Shown here piece after piece: positions 1 through 8,604 of a stretch of 34,671 bases of DNA. Origin of the DNA: an uncultured Methanosarcinales archaeon (GTDB taxonomy: Archaea; Nanobdellota; Nanobdellia; Woesearchaeales; CAZPJY01). How positions within the stretch are numbered: the first letter of the stretch is position 1; each line of letters opens with the position of its first letter. A program made the position numbers and the translations under genes. A model generated the notes under the pieces. It made no database searches and was not told the DNA's origin. It saw only the letters and a program-made list of their open reading frames with translations. The stretch lies in the NCBI GenBank assembly GCA_964587045.1, contig CAZPJY010000021.1, positions 1 to 34,671 on the forward strand, written 5' to 3'.

Positions 1-54
1 GAGAGCACTACGCTGAAGACGTAGGTGTCCTGGGTTCAAATCCCAGTCGTCCCA
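1..54 (+). tRNA. tRNA-Phe(GAA), 5' end cut off by the window edge
   Basis: Anticodon stem CTACG(8-12)/CGTAG(20-24) with loop CTGAAGA (anticodon GAA). Variable loop GTGTC. T-stem CTGGG/CCCAG with loop TTCAAAT. Acceptor 3' strand TCGTCCC plus discriminator A54. No encoded CCA and no intron in the anticodon loop. Confidence 0.95.
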
Positions 55-455
55 TCCTTCTCATCATAAATGATAGCCTTTTCACCATTGGATAAACCCC
101 GAATTACCCTGACCACCCCAACACCGTTCATATAGCAATCTGATATAGTTCTTGCTACCTCCCATGCCCTGTGCCATTTGTCAGGTTCGTATATTCTAAA
201 TATTGCTTTGTCAAAGTCGGGATCAAAAGTAACCGAAAGAATTCTATCTTCGATTGAAGGGCAGTCTGAATCGCAACCTTTTCTATCATAAACTGTGATT
301 GAATAGTCAAAGGCCTCCTGGGCAGCCTTGATGATGACAATGTAAGGGAATCCGGATTCATCAGAATAGTAATCACGCCCTGGGTGTTTTAAAGCTAGCT
401 GCTCATACAGGCCTTGGATAATCTCATGAATATCGACCACTCGCGGTACCATCAT
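36..455 (-). CDS. hypothetical protein (139 aa)
   Basis: ORF coupled to the upstream methyltransferase through an ATGA overlap at 452-455. Protein-like composition and visibly AT-richer than its neighbours. No recognisable motif. Confidence 0.7.
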   Translation of the reverse strand: MMVPRVVDIHEIIQGLYEQLALKHPGRDYYSDESGFPYIVIIKAAQEAFDYSITVYDRKGCDSDCPSIEDRILSVTFDPDFDKAIFRIYEPDKWHRAWEVARTISDCYMNGVGVVRVIRGLSNGEKAIIYDEKDGTTGI

Positions 456-1042
456 TCATCACCTATATATCCCACCCAGACGAAGTTCTTGGAAAACAGT
501 TTGACGTGGTTCGTGTAAAATCCTGCCTCCCTAGCATTTGAGATGCACTCGCTGATACCCTGTTTGGTATGCAGGTAATAGGCTTCAACTTCGCCCAGTC
601 TCCGCAGCTCTTTCTTCTCCTCGTCGCCTGAGAAAGCCTCGAGGAACTCCTGGAGGCTTGCGCCCTCTAAGTTGTAATCGAAGACGATTAGGGGAGAGAA
701 GGGTGTAAGGACTTCCCGAACCTTGCGGAAAAGCCCAAGGTTGTCCTTGTCATGGTGGAGTGACCAAAGCATTGTGGCCGCTCCGAATTCCCCTTGCGGG
801 AACACGCTTGTGTAGGTAATATCCCCCTCGAAGGAGAGCAGTGAGTGCAGCTCCTTAGCGGTCGATAGCACTGACCCGTCCTCCTCAAACGCAGTCACTG
901 GCATGCCGGAATATGCCACTATGTACCTCGAAAGTGTGCCATTGCCGCATCCGATGTCAAGAAGCGACGCGTCTCTCCTGAGGTATACGCGTATCACTTC
1001 GTGAAGCTCGTCCAGTGTGGAACTGATATATTCCAAGTCCAT
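452..1042 (-). CDS. class I SAM-dependent methyltransferase
   Basis: Motif I LLDIGCGNG, acidic residue after the second strand (AFEED), and later SLHH and LIVFD motifs. Confidence 0.9.
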   Translation of the reverse strand: MDLEYISSTLDELHEVIRVYLRRDASLLDIGCGNGTLSRYIVAYSGMPVTAFEEDGSVLSTAKELHSLLSFEGDITYTSVFPQGEFGAATMLWSLHHDKDNLGLFRKVREVLTPFSPLIVFDYNLEGASLQEFLEAFSGDEEKKELRRLGEVEAYYLHTKQGISECISNAREAGFYTNHVKLFSKNFVWVGYIGDE

Positions 1043-1078
1043 AACCAGCTGGGAGAAAAAGATTATTTAAAAAGATAA

Positions 1079-3286
1079 CTAAGCGATGTTGCCTATGGAG
1101 CCCATAATCTGGCCTGCAATCAGGTTGAAGATGAGCATTACGATGGCAGAAACAACGGAGTAGAGCACCACGCTCTTTATCAGGTTGGTCCCTATGGCAT
1201 ACTTTTCGCCCAGCTTGTCAGAGCCGTTCTCTATGCCGTTGGTGAGAACTGACAGTATCCAGATGATCTGCACGACGTAGATGCCGACGATTACCTGGAA
1301 GTAATAGGCTGGGATGCCGTCGCCGAACATCTCCATGATCCCTCCGCCTCCGAGAGCGGCCGAGCCGGATTGCGCTGCCGATTCGGTCATCGCCCTCATC
1401 TGCTGGGAAAGCCTCCCAAGGATGGTCGTTATCATGCTGGTTATGCCCACCACGATTCCAGATATGACAGGTGTGAGGAAGGATATCTGAGATTTCATGG
1501 AGGAGATGATGTCGCTTAGGAGGTCCTTGAGCCGCTCATCGACCGAGTGCATCTGCTTTATGTACTGCGAGACGTTTATCAGCGCCTGGCTGGCCACTAG
1601 CGGGCCCTTCTTTGAGCTCTCGACGAGAACCTTCATAGAGCTTTCGATCAGGTTGGACGGGTAGTATATCAGGGCGCCGACTCGCGTGTCGAAAATGGCC
1701 TGGTGCACGCCCATCCCGAGCTTCCGTATGTTGGTGCTGACCGTCCGGAAGAAGTTGCCTGACACAGTGCCTTCCATCATGTCGGCTACCTTGTCAAACG
1801 CTATCTCCGCAGGGAAGCCGTCACCCAGCCTGTTGCCAAGCTGGAACAGGGCTGAAGCGAACTCGGTCTCGAGCCGTTTCGCTTTCTCGCGGATTTTTAT
1901 CACGTTCTTGCTCTGTAACTTCGCCTTGAGGCCCAGCATCAGACCAAGCCCAAGGGGCACAGCCAGGCTGACAATCGCCGCGCCTAGTCCGTAAGGCCCG
2001 ATTAGGAGGTCAGGGTCTGTCTTGCTCTCCCTGTATTCCAGGAAGCAGAATTGCTTGCCACAGCTGTTTGTGGCGTCCTTTAGCCCGAAGCCGAAATCAG
2101 GCATGCCGAGATTGAACATCACTACAGGCATGATTCCGAATAGGAAGACGAGCCCTCCGACCAAGATGGCGATTATCAGTGGAGAGATTCTCAGCTCAGC
2201 ACCCCCCAAGTTGATTATCAGATTCCTATACTTCCTCAGCTCGGGGTTCTCCTCTGATATGTCCGTGTCCCCATAGCCAGTCGGACGAGAGGCCAGCACG
2301 ACTTTGCCCAGATAGAACACGCCTATGGGCAGCATTACGTTGTAGAGGGCCGCGATATGGTACCACTTCACTCCTTCCATGAAGCTCACGACCAGCGGCA
2401 GGACGACCAAGCCCAGGATGGGCAGGATGATGCCAAGCATGTGGAGCATGGTAATAGGGCTCTTGAGGTTTTGGGCGAAGTGGAGCATCTTTTCGTAGGT
2501 CTCCTCCAGTATGACTGAGAGCGCCTTGTCGAGGGCGTTGAGCCTCCTGTCTTCTGCAGACTCGTACAGCGACCCCTCTATCAGGTGCATGGCCTCGATG
2601 AACTCCAGGTTCCATTTCCTCCAGGACTCGAGGTAGTAGTCCAGGGACTCCTTCACCGACTCATACTTCTGGGTCTCGACATCCCACAAGACCTTCTTGA
2701 GGTCGAGGGAGAGAGGGGGTGACAGGTGCTCCGCAGCGAAGTCAATCGCGTTCTCGAGATTGGAAGTGTGCCTCATGTAGGTCACAACGTAGAAGACGCA
2801 GAGGACCATCTGGTTGCTTGCTTTCATCCTCCAGCTGTTGGCCATGAATCCGGGAATCTTCCCCAGAGGCACCATGAGTATGAGCCCGGAGAACATGAAG
2901 AACATCACGAAGAACATGCTCGGCTGAGCGAGGAAGAGAACTGGTATCAGGTATCCTATCACGCCTCCCACGAGCATGAGGACGATCGGAAGCAGAATCG
3001 ATAGGCTCAGAACCCCTCCGGGCGTAACCTCCAGATGGCAAATATTGATGTTCTCCTGGACGAGTTTAGCCTTGGCCGGGTCCGGTTTGATTTTGAGGAC
3101 CTTCTCGGCAAGGTTGCAGGACTTCTCGTACAAGGAGTGATGGAAGGTTACGTAGTCCCGCTTGAAATCATTGTATTCCCTGGAGCTAATCGGGTTGATG
3201 TCGCTCCTCTCAGGATCCAGCTCGTTCTCAAGCTTGGACTTGTACTTGGTAAGAATATCCTTTATCTCATCATCTTCGGAGCCCAT
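1079..3286 (-). CDS. TadB/TadC (T2SS F-family) multi-pass membrane platform protein, two fused F-like domains
   Basis: Directly downstream of the secretion ATPase. ATG at 3286 sits 2 nt after the ATPase stop, so it is preferred over the track start at 3343. Two soluble helical domains (NLENAIDFAAEHL..PLSLDLKK and EFASALFQLGNRLGDG.P.E.AF) are each followed by TM bundles. Confidence 0.85.
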   Translation of the reverse strand: MGSEDDEIKDILTKYKSKLENELDPERSDINPISSREYNDFKRDYVTFHHSLYEKSCNLAEKVLKIKPDPAKAKLVQENINICHLEVTPGGVLSLSILLPIVLMLVGGVIGYLIPVLFLAQPSMFFVMFFMFSGLILMVPLGKIPGFMANSWRMKASNQMVLCVFYVVTYMRHTSNLENAIDFAAEHLSPPLSLDLKKVLWDVETQKYESVKESLDYYLESWRKWNLEFIEAMHLIEGSLYESAEDRRLNALDKALSVILEETYEKMLHFAQNLKSPITMLHMLGIILPILGLVVLPLVVSFMEGVKWYHIAALYNVMLPIGVFYLGKVVLASRPTGYGDTDISEENPELRKYRNLIINLGGAELRISPLIIAILVGGLVFLFGIMPVVMFNLGMPDFGFGLKDATNSCGKQFCFLEYRESKTDPDLLIGPYGLGAAIVSLAVPLGLGLMLGLKAKLQSKNVIKIREKAKRLETEFASALFQLGNRLGDGFPAEIAFDKVADMMEGTVSGNFFRTVSTNIRKLGMGVHQAIFDTRVGALIYYPSNLIESSMKVLVESSKKGPLVASQALINVSQYIKQMHSVDERLKDLLSDIISSMKSQISFLTPVISGIVVGITSMITTILGRLSQQMRAMTESAAQSGSAALGGGGIMEMFGDGIPAYYFQVIVGIYVVQIIWILSVLTNGIENGSDKLGEKYAIGTNLIKSVVLYSVVSAIVMLIFNLIAGQIMGSIGNIA

Positions 3287-3288
3287 TT

Positions 3289-5574
3289 TCAAACCGTTTT
3301 TTGCTGGCGCTTCTTGCCCTCCCGCTTGAGCCACTCGTTCCACTGGAAGAATATCTCCTTAGAGTCGAGACTGCCCTTCTCGGCCTGCACTTTCTCGCTA
3401 ATTTTGTGGAACTTGTCGTTGGCAAAGATAACGAACTCGGCCTCAAGCATGTCTGGATCCTTTAGCTCCTTCGAGATCTCCACCAACCTCTCCTTGATGT
3501 TGGCGCGAAGCATGATATTATCCCACACCGCATCCCAGTTGCCAGCCCACTCCTTGACCCCCGATGCTATCATCTTGAGTATGTCAGAGTCACCGTTCAT
3601 CAGGTCGTCTGTGGTTTCCAGCTGGTCTGACTCGGGATTGTATTTCATGAGGTCCACGAATCCGCCCTCGACCATCGGGTCCTCCTCCCAGTTCTTCCTG
3701 ACCTCAGTGATCTGGATGACCCTCCTAAACTTGTGCAGGCCGTCGGCCGAGCGCACCGGATTTGCGATTATCACAATGTCAGTCGCCTTAAACGATGTCT
3801 TGGGCACGCCGATATCGTTGACTACGCGGTCGAACACGCCGTAGGGCGAGTCTCCGTGGATAGTCCCGGCCACAACGTTGGCCGCTGCCCCGACACGCAT
3901 CGCCTCATACAAGGCCGTGGCCTCAGTGCTCCTGACCTCGCCGACAATGAGTGCTGAGTCGCCCAGGCGCAGGGTGCTCCTTATGCCGTCGGACGCGCTC
4001 ATCTCGGAGGAAGAGACTGAGAGCGCACTTGCCACTTTCATGGGCTGGATGTTGAAACCGAGCTTCCTCATGGACCCGGTGGGCAGCTCGAGCGTGTCCT
4101 CGACGGTTATTATGCGGTAACGCCTCATTATCTCGACGAGCAGGGATGACAGGAGTGAGCTCTTACCCGAGCCTCTGGTCCCAGCTATGAGAATGGCTCT
4201 CGTGCCGTCTATCAGGAAGCTGATCAGGCCCGCCGCCAGGGGGTTGAGCATGCCATTCTTTATGAAGAGGGGCAGTGTCCAAGGATTATCCCTGTGCCTC
4301 CTGAAAGAGAAGGCGAGGCCGGTCGGATCGAGAGGCTTGGCGATGGTAGAGACACGCGCTGTCGCACCTGGGATTGAGAGGTCCGTATCGAGCAGGGGGT
4401 TGGCCTCGTCAAGGGGCCTTCCTGATATCATCCTCAATTTAGAGGCCCAGGATTCCGCCTCGCTCGGGGTCGGTATGATATTGGTCAGGCAGTCGCCGTA
4501 CACACCATGCACGATGAAGATTGGGATCTGGCCCATCGGTGAGTTGATCGATACGTCCTGGATATTCTCATCCTGCAGCAGGACCTCGACCAGTCCGAAG
4601 CCGACGGTGTAGCGCACCAGGATCGCCGCGAGGGTGTCGAGCTGCTTGTCATCCATGGTGATGCCCTTGTGGATGGCGATTTCCTCGAGCAGGTCGTGGC
4701 CCACGTTCTCAAAGATTTGCCGCATGCGCTCAGGATTGACGAATTCCGATTTCTTGGGCTTGTGCTCTGCCATTATCTTCCTCGCCGAGTCGAGCACCTC
4801 GTACTCCTCCTCGGTCAGCCTGAACTCTGGGGGCATAATGTGATAGAGGTACATTACATTGTCGGGCATCTCAAAGATTGTTACCTCAGTCTCGTTTACC
4901 CTGTAATTGTCCAGCTCCTCCGCATCCTGGGGGAAGTTGGCCATCAATTTGGTAAACATGAAATCCGGCTTGATGAAGGGGGAGAATATCTTCCTGTAGA
5001 CCGCCCTGTCACTTATCTTGTAGCCTGGCAGGTAGGGTTGGGCTATGGTGATGAGTCTCGTCTTCTCCAGGAGATCTATAAGCTCTGAGACCATGTTTAT
5101 GAATTTCTGCTCCGACTCGGTCTGCTTTTCGTCGATTGACTTTTGCAGGGATATCCTAGCTCTCCTTATAACGCGCTTGAGCTCGACGTAAGCACCGATA
5201 GGATCGCTCTTGAGCAGATTGGCTATTATGTTTTGTATCTCCACGTAACGCTGGTCCTTGGTCCTGGACTGGCCGTCGATCCCGAAGGCCTTGTATCCAA
5301 AGGAGTCCTTCCTCTTTGCGATGTGGTTGTAGAGCCGTGCTAGCTCCGAGAGCATCCTAGTCTGCGGGTAGTCGTACTCATAGTCGCGCTTCTGCGTTAA
5401 CACGACTTTGGTAGCATCCGTGACCTCCCCCAGCTTGTCGATGACCTTGGCCATTACCGCTGGTTCGTCCTCGATAGAAGGATAATGGGTGCTAGCATCC
5501 ATGTTGAACCGGAGGGTTGTGTCCTCACCCTCGCGGACGACCTCATAGTCCTCTGCGCCCTTGTTGAATAGCAT
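3289..5574 (-). CDS. type IV pilus / type II-IV secretion ATPase (VirB11/CpaF/ArlI superfamily) with long N-terminal extension
   Basis: Walker A GTRGSGKS, Asp box TVEDTLEL, Walker B LIVGEVR and His box GTIHG. Start ATG 5574 is preceded by the SD-like GAGGT. Confidence 0.93.
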   Translation of the reverse strand: MLFNKGAEDYEVVREGEDTTLRFNMDASTHYPSIEDEPAVMAKVIDKLGEVTDATKVVLTQKRDYEYDYPQTRMLSELARLYNHIAKRKDSFGYKAFGIDGQSRTKDQRYVEIQNIIANLLKSDPIGAYVELKRVIRRARISLQKSIDEKQTESEQKFINMVSELIDLLEKTRLITIAQPYLPGYKISDRAVYRKIFSPFIKPDFMFTKLMANFPQDAEELDNYRVNETEVTIFEMPDNVMYLYHIMPPEFRLTEEEYEVLDSARKIMAEHKPKKSEFVNPERMRQIFENVGHDLLEEIAIHKGITMDDKQLDTLAAILVRYTVGFGLVEVLLQDENIQDVSINSPMGQIPIFIVHGVYGDCLTNIIPTPSEAESWASKLRMISGRPLDEANPLLDTDLSIPGATARVSTIAKPLDPTGLAFSFRRHRDNPWTLPLFIKNGMLNPLAAGLISFLIDGTRAILIAGTRGSGKSSLLSSLLVEIMRRYRIITVEDTLELPTGSMRKLGFNIQPMKVASALSVSSSEMSASDGIRSTLRLGDSALIVGEVRSTEATALYEAMRVGAAANVVAGTIHGDSPYGVFDRVVNDIGVPKTSFKATDIVIIANPVRSADGLHKFRRVIQITEVRKNWEEDPMVEGGFVDLMKYNPESDQLETTDDLMNGDSDILKMIASGVKEWAGNWDAVWDNIMLRANIKERLVEISKELKDPDMLEAEFVIFANDKFHKISEKVQAEKGSLDSKEIFFQWNEWLKREGKKRQQKTV

Positions 5575-5644
5575 AACCTCTTCTCCCCGCAAGTTTAATA
5601 TAGGAACACTCTCTAATTATGAAGCTAGGTATATAAATATTGTG

Positions 5645-6076
5645 ATGGATATGGACGAGGACACCTCCCCCCCGGTTGCCCCTGTAAAGAGGATGCACAG
5701 TCACGTGTCTCCTGAGGTAGCAGAGCTCTCAACGCAGATAAATGCGGTAGGGACAAGGATCAGGATCATTGAGGAGAGGTATCTCAACCTCAGGAAGAAG
5801 ACCCAGGTGACTGACGCAAACATGCTCGAGGTCCACAAGCGCATGGAGCATGAGATCAAGGCTATAAACAACGACCTCCTTGAGATGAGGAGGGAGATTG
5901 ACGACCTCAGGGACAAGATGAAGGTGATGGTCCACGAGGTCATGGACAGCGCAAGGAAAGAGGATCTTGATGTGGTCAAGAAGTACCTGGACCTGTGGGA
6001 ACCGGTGAAATTCGTCACAACAGAGGATGTTGAGAAAATCGCGCAAAGAATACGCGACGAAAGCTTTAATAACTAG
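5645..6076 (+). CDS. coiled-coil hypothetical protein
   Basis: Likely start ATG 5645 or 5651. Long heptad-like helical run ending KKYLDLWEPVKFVT. Divergent from the ATPase. Confidence 0.8.
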   Translation: MDMDEDTSPPVAPVKRMHSHVSPEVAELSTQINAVGTRIRIIEERYLNLRKKTQVTDANMLEVHKRMEHEIKAINNDLLEMRREIDDLRDKMKVMVHEVMDSARKEDLDVVKKYLDLWEPVKFVTTEDVEKIAQRIRDESFNN

Positions 6077-6094
6077 GCACAGACAAGAATAACC

Positions 6095-6673
6095 ATGAGC
6101 CCTGCACCAGCACCTTTCCTGACCAACCTGCCGATCGGGCAGGTGAAAGCTATGATTGACCAGGGGCTATCCCAGAACCAGATAATCGAGAACCTGCAAA
6201 GGGACGGGTTCTCATCACAGCAGATCCTAGATTCGATTCATCAAATTCAACTCAAAGGAGGTGTGGATGCAATCAATCAACCGCCACCCATGCAACAACC
6301 TTACCAAGGAACCCAGCAACCTGCTCCTGCTTCGATGCCAGCCGAAATGGCGCCGGCAAACGAAGAGCTGATTGAGGCCATCATCGATGAGAAGTGGAAC
6401 GACCTCATGAAGGACATCAATAGGATCATAGAATGGAAGAACAAGACTGACGCCAAGATAGCGGCCATCGAGCAGATGTTCTCTGATCTCAAAGACAACT
6501 TCGACAAACTTCACACCGCAGTCATATCGAAAGTGGGAGAGTATGACAAGAATATCCTAGAGGTCGGAAATGAGATTAAGGCGCTCGAGAAGGTGTTCTC
6601 AAAAGTCATCCCGACTCTGACCGACAATGTCAACGAGCTCTCGCGCATAACCAATGCGATGAAGAAAGGCTAG
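6095..6673 (+). CDS. hypothetical protein: small N-terminal helical domain, Q/P-rich linker, C-terminal coiled coil
   Basis: N-terminal QGLSQNQIIENLQRDGFSSQQI, linker QPPPMQQPYQGTQQPAPA, then a helical region from EELIEAIIDEKW to the end. Confidence 0.85.
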   Translation: MSPAPAPFLTNLPIGQVKAMIDQGLSQNQIIENLQRDGFSSQQILDSIHQIQLKGGVDAINQPPPMQQPYQGTQQPAPASMPAEMAPANEELIEAIIDEKWNDLMKDINRIIEWKNKTDAKIAAIEQMFSDLKDNFDKLHTAVISKVGEYDKNILEVGNEIKALEKVFSKVIPTLTDNVNELSRITNAMKKG

Positions 6674-7248
6674 GGACCTGATGGAGCTCTGGTTAGGAAG
6701 TATATCGCAAAAGTCGCGACGAAGAACATAAGGATTAGACCTAGCACTACAGGATGAGTCAGGGTGTTGCTGAGGTTGTCCCCAAAATTGCTAGACGCCG
6801 TTGAGGTGGATCCTTCTGAGGTCGTAGTGGTCGTAGTTCCACTATCCCTTTTCTCAAGCAGCCCCTGGCCAAAGGTCACGCTTCCTGCAGCGATTATGAT
6901 GATTATCATCACCGCCACCAGCCAATAAACTATCTCGTTGTGGCTAGTGAGGACCCCTCTGAAGTCCTCGTCTCCCGCGTTGAATATCCTAAATGCCATC
7001 AGGACAAGGACAATCACCAGGAAGAGAACCACAAACCAGGGGACCATGAACCTCACCATGCCCAGCACCGTCGGTGAGAAGAGCACGATCACTGCTATGG
7101 AGAACCCGATTATGGCGGCCAAGCCCCGCCTGCCTTCGCCAAGAGCGTTGGTTTTATCCAGCAATCCGTAGACAATGACAAAAATGAGAATGAAGATAAA
7201 AATTGAAGAAAAATGTTCAAATATGCCAACATCCAAAAATGTTGCCAT
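6670..7248 (-). CDS. 5-TM membrane protein, paralog 3
   Basis: Five hydrophobic segments. N-terminal motif FIFILIFVIVYGLLDKTNALG is shared with the next two genes. S/T-rich loop between TM4 and TM5. Confidence 0.9.
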   Translation of the reverse strand: MATFLDVGIFEHFSSIFIFILIFVIVYGLLDKTNALGEGRRGLAAIIGFSIAVIVLFSPTVLGMVRFMVPWFVVLFLVIVLVLMAFRIFNAGDEDFRGVLTSHNEIVYWLVAVMIIIIIAAGSVTFGQGLLEKRDSGTTTTTTSEGSTSTASSNFGDNLSNTLTHPVVLGLILMFFVATFAIYFLTRAPSGP

Positions 7249-7257
7249 TATCCATCA

Positions 7258-7884
7258 TTAATCCTTGAGGGCTTTGCCGACATTATCCCAGGATTTCTTT
7301 ACTACGTTGCCACCTGCTTTCTTCGGCTTATCCTCTTTGGTTATGAACCACACTATGATGCCGAATACAAGGATCATGATGACAAGCGCTTGCGTATCGG
7401 GATCGTCAAGCCACCAAAGCCAACAGTTGTTGGTAATGTCGCCCGGACAGAAGGACCAGCCTCCTGCGCTCCTGTAGCCCCACCACCCGGCTGCAGCACC
7501 AAAGATGATGATTATGATGACCACCGAGAGTATAATGACCCAGGTCGCCAGCGACGTGCCCGCAATCTTCACGCTCGCTCCGAACGTTCCGATTAGGAGC
7601 AGGACCATCAATATCGCAACCACAACGATGGAAACGTTGGGAATCGCCGTGTTGATGATCTCAACGATATCCGCGTTGGGCGGGTATGAGCCAGTTATAT
7701 GAGGTACCACCACAAGGAGCGCTATAACCAGAGCGACGCCGATGTTATAGTTCTTCTTGCCTTCTCCGATTATCTTCGTCTTCTGGAGGATTGCGAAGAT
7801 TATCGTAAAGATCAAGATGAAGGGCAGCAGAATATCGGTTAACCCCCAACTGTCCCATGTTCGAATCACATCATACAGCGTCAT
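7258..7884 (-). CDS. 5-TM membrane protein, paralog 2
   Basis: Motif LLPFILIFTIIFAILQKTKIIG..KNYN. Five TM segments. Strong SD AGGAGGT at 7898-7892. Confidence 0.92.
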   Translation of the reverse strand: MTLYDVIRTWDSWGLTDILLPFILIFTIIFAILQKTKIIGEGKKNYNIGVALVIALLVVVPHITGSYPPNADIVEIINTAIPNVSIVVVAILMVLLLIGTFGASVKIAGTSLATWVIILSVVIIIIIFGAAAGWWGYRSAGGWSFCPGDITNNCWLWWLDDPDTQALVIMILVFGIIVWFITKEDKPKKAGGNVVKKSWDNVGKALKD

Positions 7885-7929
7885 TTTGGATACCTCCTTT
7901 GGATATGTTCCATTTCTTGTTGTTAGTCC

Positions 7930-7945
7930 TATATAAATCTTTTTG
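7930..7945 (-). promoter_or_regulatory. archaeal BRE/TATA promoter for the 7884 gene
   Basis: Minus strand reads CAAAAAGA-TTTATATA about 45 nt upstream of the ATG, leaving room for a 5' UTR containing the SD. Confidence 0.7.
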
Positions 7946-7955
7946 TTTTATGGTC

Positions 7956-8510
7956 TTATTTGTCCTCGTGCTTATCCCCCTGCGGCTTAGGGGACCTGGT
8001 AACCCATACCATGTACACGATAATTATGACTATGAGGATAATCGATAGCACAGCCGTGCTGTCCCAGTGAAGGACCAGGTAGTCCCACCACTCTGAAAGC
8101 CAGCCGATGGCGTTTAGCCAGATTAGAATAATACCTATTAGAACAGCGATCATGAACCCGATACGCCACTTGCCCTCAAGGATGACTTCCTCCTTCTCGC
8201 TGTAGAAAGTCCCGATGAGGAGCAGAAAGGAGAATATCAGCAGGAGCACAAGCACCATGTCGGCCATGGCCTTGTTAATCGTCTCTACCAGCTTGGTCGA
8301 GGCGACCACCAAAAAGCCGATGACAAATGCTATCATGGAGTTGAGGTTCTTCTTGGTCACGATCATGTCGCCTACCTTGTCGGTCCCGAGCACCTTCGTC
8401 TTCTCAAGAATCGCAAAGACTATCGTGAACACGAGTAGGAAAGGTAGAACGACATCATAGACGCCTATCTTGTCGAAGAAGACTATAATGTCCCTGAACG
8501 CGGATGCCAT
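7956..8510 (-). CDS. 5-TM membrane protein, paralog 1
   Basis: Motif VLPFLLVFTIVFAILEKTKVLG...KNLN. Five TM segments. Confidence 0.92.
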   Translation of the reverse strand: MASAFRDIIVFFDKIGVYDVVLPFLLVFTIVFAILEKTKVLGTDKVGDMIVTKKNLNSMIAFVIGFLVVASTKLVETINKAMADMVLVLLLIFSFLLLIGTFYSEKEEVILEGKWRIGFMIAVLIGIILIWLNAIGWLSEWWDYLVLHWDSTAVLSIILIVIIIVYMVWVTRSPKPQGDKHEDK

Positions 8511-8534
8511 TCAGTCGAATACTGGCTTCTAAGG

Positions 8535-8549
8535 TATATAAATGTTACG
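8535..8549 (-). promoter_or_regulatory. BRE/TATA promoter for the 8510 gene (probably leaderless)
   Basis: Minus strand CGTAACA-TTTATATA ending about 25 nt before ATG 8510. Confidence 0.65.
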
Positions 8550-8604
8550 ATTCACGTGAAGGCAAAATCTTTTAAATGCAGCGGCTTTCACTGACTGAGG
8601 GGGT

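Noticed and set aside
3035..3844. 269-aa plus-strand ORF across the ATPase/TadC junction
   Set aside because: Antisense to two real genes, with Ser/Leu-rich shadow composition.
1079..5574. Archaellum (arlI/arlJ) assignment
   Set aside because: No arlH, arlF/G or archaellin genes nearby, so only the superfamily-level call is supported.
5561..5644. Upstream extension of the 5561 ORF, and similar extensions at 3343, 9123, 10793, 20587, 25902, 29507 and 34645
   Set aside because: The extensions overlap neighbouring genes or promoter boxes. Downstream starts fit SD or TATA spacing better.
6820..6840. Short tandem repeat GTCGTAGTG/GTCGTAGTT
   Set aside because: Encodes the poly-Thr linker of the membrane protein and is not a CRISPR or independent repeat.
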